Source: Eledone cirrhosa
Taxonomy: Eukaryota
Length of the DNA: 64,000 nucleotides
Assembly: GCA_964016885.1 (NCBI GenBank)
Contig: OZ024743.1
Span: 225,060,001 to 225,124,000, forward strand
Direction: 5' to 3'
Position numbers and translations under genes: made by a program. This document shows, in pieces, positions 63,500-64,000 of the stretch; the first letter of the stretch is position 1, and every line of letters begins with the position of its first letter. Under the pieces are notes generated by a model. That model did no database searches. It was given only the letters and a program-made list of their open reading frames with translations, and was not told the origin of the DNA.

Positions 63500-63838
63500 G
63501 CTTAAATAATATATAGCAATTGGTATGGTCCCATATCTCCTGATAGTGTCATAGGGGCACTGTGTTAACATACAGCCTTTCTTGGGAATTTTAAAGCCTG
63601 GTGGAACTCATCCCCTCCACGTTATAGCAATTACATTGGGGAAAAGTCATTTTAGCCATTCAAAACCACATGAAAACTTAACTTCATTTTATACTTACTT
63701 ATTTCTGATTGTCCAAATTTTCATTGCACTATTTGCAACTTGGTCACTGACACAATTCCACTGTAACATGTGTATTTTTGAATAGCTAAAATGACTCTTC
63801 CATGATGCAATTGCTTTAGTTACAACACATTGTCTTAA

Positions 63839-64000
63839 CCCTTTAGCATTTACATTATTCTACATATACTATTGTATTTTTGTGTTAAAGGCTTTATCTT
63901 ACATAATATCTCACATAATATCGAGTCTATGGAATTTTGATATTATTTATTTTGAAAACAATACCTTAACATCAGTATGAGCAGCCGGTTATAGCCAGTT
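63839..64000. mobile_element. piggyBac-type MITE, runs off window end
   Basis: TTAA-ccctttagcatt; body matches 43324-43524. Confidence 0.75.

Overview
AT-rich, microsatellite-dense animal genomic DNA. The repeat content suggests a mollusc, probably Octopus-like (inference). Almost all long ORFs belong to transposable elements: seven minus-strand copies of an RTE-clade LINE whose ORF carries an internal PHD finger, a second near-full-length RTE LINE with a 5' inversion, a 5'-truncated L1/Tx1 LINE with an open ORF, a Buster/Charlie hAT, a DD37D (maT) element, a CRE-type endonuclease relic, many tRNA-derived SINEs and MITEs, and two large tandem arrays. One likely host micro-exon (SH3-like, minus strand, 14322-14381) suggests much of the window is intronic. 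The most notable signal is non-coding. About ten short, mutually unrelated inserts sit in (TA)n-type microsatellites. Several carry minimal type-I hammerhead ribozymes (three look intact: 1839, 5242, 9115) and/or share an inverted-copy + forward-copy + tail architecture. One retains a PDGLN motif like the C-terminus of a Penelope GIY-YIG endonuclease. In two, the inversion axis lies in the hairpin that would be hammerhead stem II. All structures were read by eye; no database search or folding was run.
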